A DNA stretch of 64,000 nt from an uncultured Candidatus Bathyarchaeia archaeon (GCA_964618695.1 CAZUDX010000001.1:268886-332885); one strand, 5' to 3'; numbered from the stretch's first letter, positions 18,993 through 28,149 are shown. The notes: generated by a model from the letters alone, not told the origin. Numbers and translations are program-made.

Positions 18993-20274
18993 CTTTCAAA
19001 GGCAAATTTGTTGTTGTCCCTGTTTTCTTGGTTCTTTCCCATTTTCTAGGCCTTCGCAAAAGAATCTGCATTAGAGCATAGAACGCTATGAAATTTTGTG
19101 CACTCCAGTACACGTATATGAAGGGCACCCACAGTAGATTTCGAAGCTTACGCGGTTTTGTGCCATAAACCATAGCTACTCCAGCAGCTGCTAATAACAC
19201 GAGGATTAAGACAGAAGTCATGTTTGAAAAGAACAACGAGAAAAAGTCAGGTTTAATTGGAATCACAAGGGACAGTAGAGTGATTAGGTAACCGACTAGA
19301 CAAGAGATAAAGACGAATGGCCCCACTAAAGTGACTTCAGCATCAAAGGAAAGTTTGTTCAAGTTCTTTAGCAGTTTTCCGTATTTTATCCCAACTTCCA
19401 TCGTTCCTCTAAACCACCGCACCCGTTGCTTAAAGAAACCAGAAACTGAAGCAGGATACTCCTGCCAAGATCGCACATCAGAAGCATATTTGATCTTGTG
19501 ACCTTTATCCACCAATCGGGCAGCCAATTCCATGTCTTCAGAAAGAACTGCTGTATCCCAACCCCCAACATCTTCAATAACGGATCTTCTAACAAAATAG
19601 CAGCTCCCATTAAGGGGAACAAATAAGCCTAGAACTTCCTTGCCTCCCATAAAACCTTCATATCTCAGAGCTTCCTCTTGGGCAACAAATCTGGTTAATA
19701 TGTTCTCTTCAGCATTTATGGCGCAGACTCGCCCCTGAAGAGCAACCACCGAAGAGTCTTTGAAATAATGGACTGCTCTTAACAGAACATCCGGTTCAGG
19801 AACATTATCAGCATCAAAAATACCCACAACCTCACCACTAACATGTTTAAGAGCCTCCATCAAAGCGGAAGGTTTCCCGTCCGAAACTTGACGAGAAACG
19901 ACTTTGACCATTTCAGGATGCTCCTTCGCAAAGCTTCTACAGATATGTTCAGTATTATCAACCGAGCCGTCCTCAACGATGACGAGTTCTAGTTTTTCCT
20001 TTGGATATTTGATTTTCAGGAAAGAATTGAGGAAACGACCAACAACATTTGCTTCATTTTTCACTGGAACAATAACAGATACTGAAGGCAAATCATCTTT
20101 CGAATAAGAAACTTGCTTCCGTTTTTTATTCTTGGTCTGGCGAAGATGTTTGATACCAGCCACTACAATCGGCACATTGTAGAGTGTCCAAGCGTAGAGG
20201 AGAGAGATCACGAGAATAGCTGCAAAATACAACGGATTCATGTCATTTAAAACTCTTCGTAGTTTATGTTGCAC
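18982..20274 (-). CDS. Processive family-2 glycosyltransferase (NodC/IcaA/cellulose-synthase-like)
   Basis: 430-aa ORF with an N-terminal TM helix, VIVPVKNE, EDGSVD, DADN, SEDMELA, the QRVRWFRG (QxxRW) motif, and C-terminal TM helices. Confidence 0.85.
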   Translation of the reverse strand: MQHKLRRVLNDMNPLYFAAILVISLLYAWTLYNVPIVVAGIKHLRQTKNKKRKQVSYSKDDLPSVSVIVPVKNEANVVGRFLNSFLKIKYPKEKLELVIVEDGSVDNTEHICRSFAKEHPEMVKVVSRQVSDGKPSALMEALKHVSGEVVGIFDADNVPEPDVLLRAVHYFKDSSVVALQGRVCAINAEENILTRFVAQEEALRYEGFMGGKEVLGLFVPLNGSCYFVRRSVIEDVGGWDTAVLSEDMELAARLVDKGHKIKYASDVRSWQEYPASVSGFFKQRVRWFRGTMEVGIKYGKLLKNLNKLSFDAEVTLVGPFVFISCLVGYLITLLSLVIPIKPDFFSLFFSNMTSVLILVLLAAAGVAMVYGTKPRKLRNLLWVPFIYVYWSAQNFIAFYALMQILLRRPRKWERTKKTGTTTNLPLKVDV

Positions 20275-20682
20275 CTAAGTTTTGAAAGAGGATAGGTTGT
20301 TTATGGTCAAGAATTGGATGAACCCACGGTCTCTAGTCCAAGACCTTGCAGTTTTGTTTCCCCAGACTTGACCTATCATGGAGAGTTTTTCAGCGAGGCT
20401 TCGCCCCTTAGTTCTCATGAGGCGAATGATCTTGCTCTCCATGGCTTCACACAGTTTTCCAACTAGTCGGGAAACTACTTTGGCCAAGAGAAAGCTGCGA
20501 ACCTTTTCGACCACTCTTATCGTCAGTTCCAGAAGCTTTCTCTCTTCGCGCTTCAAATCCTTGAACCATATGCCTCTTCGTAGAGCCTTCAGCTTCAGCT
20601 TGGCCAATGCTTCCCTAGTTAGGGAGATAGGGCTGCGAGTTTTGATGAGATCTTTATTTGATCCTTCTGAGTTGGCATTCAA
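20275..20682 (-). CDS. Hypothetical basic helical protein
   Basis: 135-aa ORF with a TTG start. Directly abuts the GT2 start (no gap) and overlaps the upstream AbrB-type mini-gene by 29 nt in another frame. I recognise no motif. Confidence 0.5.
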   Translation of the reverse strand: MNANSEGSNKDLIKTRSPISLTREALAKLKLKALRRGIWFKDLKREERKLLELTIRVVEKVRSFLLAKVVSRLVGKLCEAMESKIIRLMRTKGRSLAEKLSMIGQVWGNKTARSWTRDRGFIQFLTINNLSSFKT

Positions 20683-20800
20683 CCAAATCTCCCTCCTTGA
20701 GATTGTAGGCGTCTCTGAGTTCTTTGGGAACGGTGACCCTTCCTTCTCGTCTCATGTAGACCGTGAAGTTGATCCCCGATTTCTCGTCATCCGCCACCAT
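20654..20800 (-). CDS. AbrB/SpoVT-type DNA-binding mini-protein (48 aa), below the ORF-track cutoff
   Basis: Hand translation gives MVADDEKSGINFTVYMRREGRVTVPKELRDAYNLKEGDLVECQLRRIK. The segment RVTVPKELRDAYNLKEGDLVE is the SpoVT-AbrB swapped-hairpin signature. ATG at 20800-20798, TAA at 20656-20654. Confidence 0.65.
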   Translation of the reverse strand: MVADDEKSGINFTVYMRREGRVTVPKELRDAYNLKEGDLVECQLRRIK

Positions 20801-21021
20801 TTTTCACCCCGAGACGCTGCATCGTTTTTCTATCTTTTTCGACATTTTTCCTCTTTTTTTCTCGAATATTATAAAGGCATTATGAATTTTGGATAAGTAA
20901 CAAATTCAAGCCCACTAGATTGTGTTTGTAACCTGTTTTCACCATGTCACTCCGACCTTTCCAAACAACATGCCTTTTGGTGAGGGGGTTGGGGTTGTCA
21001 GATTTAACTGATATGAAGGTA

Positions 21022-21052
21022 GAATATGTATTAGGAGTAACAATACATATTC
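21022..21052. repeat. Perfect 11-bp inverted repeat (GAATATGTATT / AATACATATTC) with a 9-nt spacer
   Basis: Read directly from the sequence. Lies in the intergenic region between the 3' end of the 21158..21673 gene and the upstream region of the AbrB mini-gene. Confidence 0.6.
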
Positions 21053-21157
21053 AGAATTCGAACATGCAATACAGCGCATGAGCAAAAATAGCAGCTGCAT
21101 TTGTGAATGAGTAGATAACTTGAAGCATTCAACTTCGATAAAATATACATTAAAAAA

Positions 21158-21673
21158 CTATTTTTTTCTGTTTCTAGCCAATGTGATATGTAGAAATTCT
21201 GAAACTCGATTGAAGAGCATTATTCTCTTCGCTTTCCAGATACCAAAGATTAACACCAAAAAGCTGAGGCTCCATATTCCCTGCAGCTTCCAATTCCAAG
21301 TTCCAATAAGGGAATACTGCCACATCCACGTCCATTCTCCCGCATAAACTTGACCTCCATTGTAGATTAGAAAGAACATCCAGTCAACCAATCCTCCTAG
21401 GTGCGCAAAAAAGAGGGTTGATCCTCTCTTCAATGCGACATTCATTGAATTTGTGTCTATGTAGCTTTGCCATCCAACAAGAAAGCAGATAGAGCATATG
21501 ATTGCTGAAAGCCCAGTTAAGTAGGGGATGTACCATGAGTAGCTGAAGTCTAAGCCGTGGGAGTAGAGGATGCTGTTTACGACAAAGTCAACTCCGGTGA
21601 TGCTTAGAAAGACTACCAGAACGAGTGAGAACCATACTTTAGATGTACTCGAACGGGACTCTTTTCTATTCAA
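21158..21673 (-). CDS. Small integral membrane protein (about 4 TM)
   Basis: 171-aa ORF with four hydrophobic segments rich in Trp and Tyr. No recognisable family. Confidence 0.55.
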   Translation of the reverse strand: MNRKESRSSTSKVWFSLVLVVFLSITGVDFVVNSILYSHGLDFSYSWYIPYLTGLSAIICSICFLVGWQSYIDTNSMNVALKRGSTLFFAHLGGLVDWMFFLIYNGGQVYAGEWTWMWQYSLIGTWNWKLQGIWSLSFLVLIFGIWKAKRIMLFNRVSEFLHITLARNRKK

Positions 21674-21893
21674 AGCAATCAGGAATATTCACTAGCGATA
21701 ATTACATAAGCATAGTATCTTCATCAGCAAATATTCTGCGTTAAGTAATACTCTCGGATTTGAACAGTTATTTTCATCGGTATATTTTGTGATTTCCCAT
21801 GGATTAATTCAATAGAAGAAGGATACTGAAAGTTTTATTAGTAATATTTGCGATTAATAGGCAATTAGAGAAAGGGCGCGGGGAGGATAATAG

Positions 21894-24869
21894 GTGAAAA
21901 TGAATAAAAAAGTAGTTTTAACTGTTCTTATAGCATTTTTAGGGTCATTATGTATTTTCAGTTCACTGTTTGTTGTGTTCGCAAATGCGGTCCCGGAAGG
22001 CACTGAGGTTGAAGAAAATTACTTGTCAAACCAAAATTTTGCTAATTCGATGAGTGGGTATAATCAGCAAATTTTTCCATTGAGCGAAAACGGAAAGATT
22101 AAACTTTCTGGTGCGGTACCAAGCCCAGCAGAGACAGAAATTTTCTACGATGACGGAACTGTTGAACACGGCTGGTATTGGCTTACGGTTGGAAGTAAAT
22201 GGGCGGTTAGGTTCACACCGCCATTCTCCGGTGCGCTCTTAGAATGCCGCTTCTACATAGTTAGTAACCCAGCCACGGTCATAGTGCACGTTTATGACTC
22301 AGATAAAATTGATATAATCACACCGTTCTCTGTAACTCCCACATCCACTGGTTGGTTCACCGTGGATCTGTCCACATATGGGATCACCGTAAGCGAGGAG
22401 GATGACTTTTACATCGGTATAGAAACGACAGAAGTAGCTATGCCAAGTTTAGGAGCCGATCACGACGCCCCAGACTTCCGAAGCTGGAGGCATGGTGGAA
22501 CAACTTGGGACTTGGTTACTGACAGAGACTATATGATTAGGGCTACGATCGAGTCCGATATTGATCTTGTGATAACAAATCTCTATTTGGATCCTGCGGA
22601 CCCAGATGAGGGCGACCTTACAAATTTTAAAGCTAGCGTAGAAAATCAAGGCACTGGGGATGCAAACGACTTTGTCGTACAAATGTATCTAGACGACGAG
22701 CTTTATGTAGAGGGTACACATTCTCTAGCTGCGGGAGACAGCATCACCTACTTCCAACCATGGACGGCGACCCCTGGGAGCCATACTTTAAGATGTGTTA
22801 TTGACGCAACAGATGTAATCGACGAGACAGATGAAAATAACAACGAAATGACTATAGACTTCGGAGTGGGGGAATATCTAACTGTAAATTCTCCGTACGG
22901 CACACCGGGCGGCGAGGACTGGTACAACCATGGCGCAACCGCATATGCTACCTTAGACACTGGCACGGTGGATGAGGGAAATGGAATCCGGAGAATCTTC
23001 ACGCATTGGAGCGGAGACGCCTCTGGAACAAATTTTGCACAAAGCAATCCAATCACTATGGACGGACCAAAGACCGCAATAGCCAATTGGAAGACCCAAT
23101 ATTATCTGACGATGGTTGCAGATTCTGGAACAGTTAGTCCAATGAGTGGTTGGTACGACGCCGGGGCAACCGTTTCCATCAGCGCCACAGCCCCAACCGT
23201 CACTGGAGACGAACAATATGGTTGGGATGGATGGACTGGAACAGGCGCTGGAAGCTATAGCGGAACAAACAACCCAGCATCCATAACCATGAACGCGCCA
23301 ATAACACAAACAGCAACATGGAGACGCGAATACTACTTAACCGTAACTTCTGCCTATGGCACACCCTCACCAGAGAGCGGATGGGTTGAAGCTGGAACAC
23401 CCATCACCATATCATCAGGCTCACCAGCCTCTGGACCAGACGGCACCAGATACTTATGCACCGGATGGACGGGAACCGGAAGCGTCCCAGCCACTGGAAC
23501 AGCAGCATCCGCAACCTTCACAATGGAAGAACCCTCAAGCATAACATGGAACTGGAAGACCCAATACTATCTAACCATGGAAACGAGTTATGGATCCGTC
23601 AGTCCAACGAGTGGTTGGTACGACGCCGGGGCAACCGTTTCCATCAGCGCCACAGCCCCAGCTGCCACTGGAGATGAACGGTATGGTTGGGCTGGTTGGA
23701 CAGGAACAGGTACTGGAAGCACCAGCAGCACAAGTAACCCCGCCTCTGTAACAATGAACGGGCCAATAACACAGACAGCAACATGGAGACGCGAATACTA
23801 CTTAACCGTAACTTCTGCCTATGGCACACCCTCACCAGAGAGCGGATGGGTTGAAGCTGGAACACCCATCACCATATCATCAGGCTCACCAGCCTCTGGA
23901 CCAGACGGCACCAGATACTTATGCACCGGATGGACGGGAACCGGAAGCGTCCCAGCCACTGGAACAGCAGCATCTGCAACCTTCACAATGGATCAAACTT
24001 CCAGCATAACATGGAACTGGAATACTCAATACTATCTAACCATGGAAACGAATAATGGAACAGTCACACCAGAGAGTGGTTGGTACGATCCTGGGTCAAC
24101 CGTTGTAATTACCGCAACAGCACCAACAGCCACTCCACAGGAACAATATTATTGGCTTGGATGGACCGGAACAGGCTCTGGAAGCACCAGCAGCACAGAC
24201 AACCCAGCCTCCATAACCATGAACGCGCCAATAACACAAACAGCAGCATGGAGATACGAATACACACCTATTGAAACTTACATCCAGGATTTTGGTGTTT
24301 CTTCAAATTCGATTGCGAAGGGAGGAACAATCATTGTTTCAGGCTCTATTTCGCTCGCTCAAGAAGTAACTATTACCTTAACTTACACGATGCCAGACGG
24401 GACGAAATTTAACAGAACAACTACCGCATCTGACGGAACGTTCAGCCACAGCTACACAGCAGACATGGATGGAGAATGGAGCGTACAGGCCAGTTGGCCA
24501 GGAGACAGCAGCTACGCCGGCTGCGAAAGCGGAACTATGTCATTCAAAGTGAAATCGCCTGGCATATTGGATGATCCAGATATTTGGCAAGTTATCTTAG
24601 CAGTAGTGGGAATCGCCCTCTCTGTCGCCATCATTGCAGGTGCATGGTACACTACTCATAGAAAAAGGGGACACGTCAAAGAACTGCTAGACCAAATCGA
24701 CGACGCTTTCTTCCGCTTCAAAAGAAACACCCGAAGATGCGAAGCAGAGCTTTACAGATTGCGGGACATTGTTTTAGAAAGTTACAAAAGCGGAGCAATA
24801 ACAGAAGCAAGTTACAGCATCTTAAATTCAAAGATAGATGATTACCTCAGTAAACTTGTTGAGTCCTAA
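21894..24869 (+). CDS. Cell-surface protein: signal peptide, CARDB domain, six InlB-B-repeat-like beta domains, Ig-like domain, C-terminal TM anchor and a short coiled cytoplasmic tail
   Basis: 991-aa ORF with a GGGGAGG RBS. Signal peptide is MKMNKKVVLTVLIAFLGSLCIFSSLFVVFANA. The CARDB-like region is ITNLYLDP...ENQGTGDA...NNNE. Repeated units follow Y(Y)LT(V/M)...G(T/S)V(S/T)P.SGWY..G..V.I.A.A...Y.W.GWTGTG. The TM segment is VILAVVGIALSVAIIAGAWY. Confidence 0.85.
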   Translation: MKMNKKVVLTVLIAFLGSLCIFSSLFVVFANAVPEGTEVEENYLSNQNFANSMSGYNQQIFPLSENGKIKLSGAVPSPAETEIFYDDGTVEHGWYWLTVGSKWAVRFTPPFSGALLECRFYIVSNPATVIVHVYDSDKIDIITPFSVTPTSTGWFTVDLSTYGITVSEEDDFYIGIETTEVAMPSLGADHDAPDFRSWRHGGTTWDLVTDRDYMIRATIESDIDLVITNLYLDPADPDEGDLTNFKASVENQGTGDANDFVVQMYLDDELYVEGTHSLAAGDSITYFQPWTATPGSHTLRCVIDATDVIDETDENNNEMTIDFGVGEYLTVNSPYGTPGGEDWYNHGATAYATLDTGTVDEGNGIRRIFTHWSGDASGTNFAQSNPITMDGPKTAIANWKTQYYLTMVADSGTVSPMSGWYDAGATVSISATAPTVTGDEQYGWDGWTGTGAGSYSGTNNPASITMNAPITQTATWRREYYLTVTSAYGTPSPESGWVEAGTPITISSGSPASGPDGTRYLCTGWTGTGSVPATGTAASATFTMEEPSSITWNWKTQYYLTMETSYGSVSPTSGWYDAGATVSISATAPAATGDERYGWAGWTGTGTGSTSSTSNPASVTMNGPITQTATWRREYYLTVTSAYGTPSPESGWVEAGTPITISSGSPASGPDGTRYLCTGWTGTGSVPATGTAASATFTMDQTSSITWNWNTQYYLTMETNNGTVTPESGWYDPGSTVVITATAPTATPQEQYYWLGWTGTGSGSTSSTDNPASITMNAPITQTAAWRYEYTPIETYIQDFGVSSNSIAKGGTIIVSGSISLAQEVTITLTYTMPDGTKFNRTTTASDGTFSHSYTADMDGEWSVQASWPGDSSYAGCESGTMSFKVKSPGILDDPDIWQVILAVVGIALSVAIIAGAWYTTHRKRGHVKELLDQIDDAFFRFKRNTRRCEAELYRLRDIVLESYKSGAITEASYSILNSKIDDYLSKLVES
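23091..24263 (+). repeat. Tandem repeat, period 465 bp (155 aa, two beta-domains per unit), about 2.5 copies inside the surface-protein gene
   Basis: Unit starts at 23091, 23556 and 24021 (AAGACCCAAT / AATACTCAAT). About 210 bp (roughly 23317-23526 vs 23782-23991) are identical except for about one base. The ORF track shows identical antisense ORFs 465 bp apart. Confidence 0.9.
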
Positions 24870-24984
24870 AAAGTCTAAAGAGAATAATAGGACTTGGAGT
24901 TTACCAAAAAGACTGCCCATCAACTAGCTTAATGTCCTCTCAGTATAAACAATACAGTAAACAATCGACTTCTCCAGTCGGAAG

Positions 24985-25284
24985 TTACTCTTTCATAGCT
25001 TTGGGAATCGCCCTATGCCTTTGGGACCTTTGAGTTATCAGACGCTTTTGGATGAATACGTAACCACAGTTACATCTAAATCCAATAACTTCCTCATTTT
25101 CTGTCATTAGACTATGGATACACGACGCAGTGCATCCTTTCTGCTGTTTGTGCAACTTCCAAGTTAATGCGAGGTCGTCTAGATCTAATGGTTGAACAGT
25201 TTTTGCTCTAAAAAAGAACCAGAGGCTATATGCTAACAACGATAACCAGGAACCCAACATCAACAAATCCAACAACATTTTCAT
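24985..25284 (-). CDS. Hypothetical small membrane-anchored Cys-rich protein
   Basis: 99-aa ORF with an N-terminal hydrophobic helix followed by CTASCIHS...FRCNCGY (possible Zn-binding). Confidence 0.4.
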   Translation of the reverse strand: MKMLLDLLMLGSWLSLLAYSLWFFFRAKTVQPLDLDDLALTWKLHKQQKGCTASCIHSLMTENEEVIGFRCNCGYVFIQKRLITQRSQRHRAIPKAMKE

Positions 25285-25988
25285 TAAACTCCATTTGTTT
25301 TGTTTAAGGTTCTAACAATGAAAACTTGTAGAGAAAGAGGATGCACAGAATTTCACCAGTTTTACAGTTCCTTTCCAGTCAAGGCTCTGGACATCTTGAG
25401 ATAAATATTGATCATCTTAGCTTTCCTAACCGGGTTTTCTTCGTAATCTATCCGCTGTCGGATTTTACGCAATTCATTTTCTAGTCTCCGAAGAATGCTT
25501 AGTTTGCTCTTCAAATCCACCAACTCCAGTTGATACACGATTCGTTTTTGCCTGATAGAAAAACGATGATGATACGTTTTAAGTCATATGAAGATAAACT
25601 ATGAATTGGTATTAACTATGTATATTCTGATTCCGAATTGAAATACTCAAATATTTTCTCCCTGCAACTCATGAACACAAAAAAAGGCGATCAAACTTTA
25701 CTTGTTCACAAAACGGTTGCAAGCACCTCTACAGACACGAGTCTTAGATGAAGTTAGAACGGTCGCTGTGGACCCGGTTGAGGTCTGATGGGATTCGGCG
25801 GTCCAAAAGGATTGGAGGGATCAACTGGATTAATTGGGTCAAAAAGTTGATTTGGTCCAAGTTTTCGTTTGTGCATGACTTCTCCACTCCACTTAAAGGT
25901 CAATCTTCCCTCGTTAGAGACTAACTCTCATTTATTATTACCTTATTAGCACTATTTGTTGACTGGGAATAGAAAAAGTCAGTCGTAT

Positions 25989-26618
25989 CTATGCTGACAA
26001 AGAGTATGGATCGAAATTGGCAAAATACGCCACTCGGTCACTTCCCAGCCCAGAATAGAGCTTAGATATATGACTCATAAGCTGGTAAGAAGCCCTAAAT
26101 GCAACATTTAGGTCCTTCTCCCACAACAACTTAGCTCCTATGTTAAGTTTACCGTAAGCAAAATTTGCAGTGATTATGGTTCCGCCATCTTCAGTAATCC
26201 ATTTTAGAGTGACGCCTTCGTCGCTTTCGGAGTAGCCTAACCAACGGAGCACACCAAACCATTTGCCCTTAAGATTTGCAACAACATGTTGGAGCGGAAC
26301 ATCGGGAGGTAGAAGAGTCCTAAGTATATGCACACTCGGAGCTCCAGCATTAAAAGAATGCAACTTGAGAAACTCCTTAGCCCTAGAGGTAACCTTGTAG
26401 CCTTCAGCTCCTTTTTCGATAATACCTTGATCTTCCAATCTGCAGAGGATTCTAGAAAGCGTTTCTGGATGCACCCTCAATCGTCTCTTTAGTCCCTCAA
26501 ACGTGAAACTAACTAAATCTTCTTCCTCTATCACGTGTAAAACATTCGTGTCCCTTTCGCTAAAAGGAAACTCCTGTATGTCGCACCAATCCGAGTCCAA
26601 GACTAAAGATTTCTCCAA
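25989..26618 (-). CDS. Winged-helix transcriptional regulator with an uncharacterised C-terminal domain
   Basis: 209-aa ORF. FTFEGLKRRLRVHPETLSRILCRLEDQGIIEK is a wHTH (MarR/ArsR-like) segment. The C-terminal ~110 aa are beta-rich. Confidence 0.65.
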   Translation of the reverse strand: MEKSLVLDSDWCDIQEFPFSERDTNVLHVIEEEDLVSFTFEGLKRRLRVHPETLSRILCRLEDQGIIEKGAEGYKVTSRAKEFLKLHSFNAGAPSVHILRTLLPPDVPLQHVVANLKGKWFGVLRWLGYSESDEGVTLKWITEDGGTIITANFAYGKLNIGAKLLWEKDLNVAFRASYQLMSHISKLYSGLGSDRVAYFANFDPYSLSA

Positions 26619-26694
26619 TTAATCACTTGATCGCGGCATCTATTGAATCTTACTCCTTAAAGAAAAAAGGGACATGAAAAATGGGAACTTGAGG

Positions 26695-27609
26695 TTACAG
26701 CTTAATTTTAGGGTTCTTCAGCAGCAAGTATACCCCTAGAGCCATCAGAGGTATAACCCATAACTCTCCGAAAATTATGAACCGTGTAATGCCAACGCCT
26801 GTAACATAAATCACATAAATTACTATATGTAAGCTGAGGAAGATGGATGACAGCCCCAACAACCTTGTGGCTTTATTTAGACCACGGTTTTTCAGAATAA
26901 ATAGTACTCCGACAACAGCAAAAACGACAGCTAAGGATTGAACGATAATCGTATTCAGGAAGCCCAAAATGCGAACAGAGAGAGCGCTAAACAAGTAAGG
27001 ATCAACAGCCATCATCTCTTTCCATTTCAGCATGTAGGTGACCCACAGGGCTATAACAAAATTCATGTAAGTCAAACTCGCCCATCGAATTAGCTTTGGT
27101 CTGTCCACTCCAGATTCATATTTCTTTACAACGAGTGCTAATTTTATAAGAAAAGGTGAGATCAGAAGGATTTGAATGAAGAATACTGTGGACAAGAGAA
27201 AGTTGGATACTGAAGGAAGTGCTGAAAAGCCCAGCAGAAGATAGATAGCGGGAACATAAGAAAGATAATGCAAGCCCTCAAAAAATAACGCTTTAGAGAC
27301 TTTGTTTCGGACTGCAGAGAAAGATTCATTTTTGGTTCTGAAGATTAGGAAAGCTGAGACTAAGGCACAAGAAGCGCCCACAACGCGAATTATCAACCCC
27401 AAAAAGCCTGAATACTCAATCAAATACCCAACTGATACGCTGTAAGAGTCAGTGAAGCGGAGACCAGTTGCAGGAGAATAGATTTCGGGTCTCAGCGTAA
27501 TTTCAACAATCCAAGGAATAGTTTTAACCAGCCAGTAGAGGGCGTAAGCAAAATAAGAACCCACAGTAATCAAAGTCAGAGTCTTTATGGCATAATAGTT
27601 GCGACCCAT
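26695..27609 (-). CDS. Polytopic integral membrane protein (about 8 TM)
   Basis: 304-aa ORF, hydrophobic throughout. No recognisable family. Confidence 0.6.
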   Translation of the reverse strand: MGRNYYAIKTLTLITVGSYFAYALYWLVKTIPWIVEITLRPEIYSPATGLRFTDSYSVSVGYLIEYSGFLGLIIRVVGASCALVSAFLIFRTKNESFSAVRNKVSKALFFEGLHYLSYVPAIYLLLGFSALPSVSNFLLSTVFFIQILLISPFLIKLALVVKKYESGVDRPKLIRWASLTYMNFVIALWVTYMLKWKEMMAVDPYLFSALSVRILGFLNTIIVQSLAVVFAVVGVLFILKNRGLNKATRLLGLSSIFLSLHIVIYVIYVTGVGITRFIIFGELWVIPLMALGVYLLLKNPKIKL

Positions 27610-27764
27610 CTTTCATCGCTTCTAGGAAGTTGTGAACCTATACAATAACTACTATTAATTTGATGGGTATTTGAGTTTAAACAATACTAATAAGATGAAA
27701 GATTGCGCGCTAGTTTTTGTGCTTATAAGAGAAACAACCAATAATTGTACATGAAGGGCTAAAA

Positions 27765-27986
27765 ATGGATGGTGACGAAAAAGAGGTGGAAAGGCTACCA
27801 ATGCCTTTAGAACCATTCCAGCCAAAGAGACCTTGGCCTACCCCAACTCCCGGAGTTCCTTTCCCTGCAGACAAAGATGATGAAACAAAGGTTTTGAAGC
27901 AGATATTAGAGAAGCTAGTTGAGATTGAAGGGAGACTTGAAAGAATCGAGAAAGTTCTCAAGAAAAAATTTGGAACAATTCCTTGA
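27765..27986 (+). CDS. Small protein with a proline-rich N-terminus and a coiled-coil C-terminus
   Basis: 73-aa ORF (PMPLEPFQPKRPWPTPTPGVPFP then VLKQILEKLVEIEGRLERIEKVLKKK). I prefer it to the low-complexity antisense ORF at 27710..27994. Confidence 0.4.
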   Translation: MDGDEKEVERLPMPLEPFQPKRPWPTPTPGVPFPADKDDETKVLKQILEKLVEIEGRLERIEKVLKKKFGTIP

Positions 27987-28149
27987 TGGGGCACAACTCT
28001 AGGGTTTCACAATGAAGGCTTGGTTATAGGAGCAGATTGTAGTACCTTATTCCCCGATAAGAAAAAAATAGGTTTTGGATTGAGACAACTGTCTAGCCAG
28101 AAGAAGAAACGTTAGTTGATCTGTTAATCGGTTTCAGTGTGGAGAAAAG

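Noticed and set aside
20378-20896. 172-aa plus-strand ORF antisense to the AbrB mini-gene and the 135-aa ORF
   Set aside because: The Ser/Arg/Leu-rich composition is typical of antisense frames. The minus strand carries a recognisable AbrB motif and continues the operon without gaps.
22449-24274. Many 60-120-aa ORFs on both strands inside the surface-protein gene, including duplicated pairs 465 bp apart
   Set aside because: They are artefacts of the repeat and of the Gly/Thr/Ser/Pro-rich coding frame. The 991-aa frame has a signal peptide, recognisable domains and a TM anchor.
25560-25630. Possible C/D-box sRNA (ATGATGA at about 25566, CTGA at about 25627)
   Set aside because: The C-to-D spacing (~54 nt) is too long and D'/C' boxes are degenerate or overlapping. 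No terminal stem is complementary either.
27710-27994. 94-aa minus-strand ORF overlapping the 73-aa plus-strand ORF
   Set aside because: It is a Ser/Phe-rich low-complexity frame. The plus-strand frame gives a plausible Pro-rich plus coiled-coil protein. Both calls remain weak.
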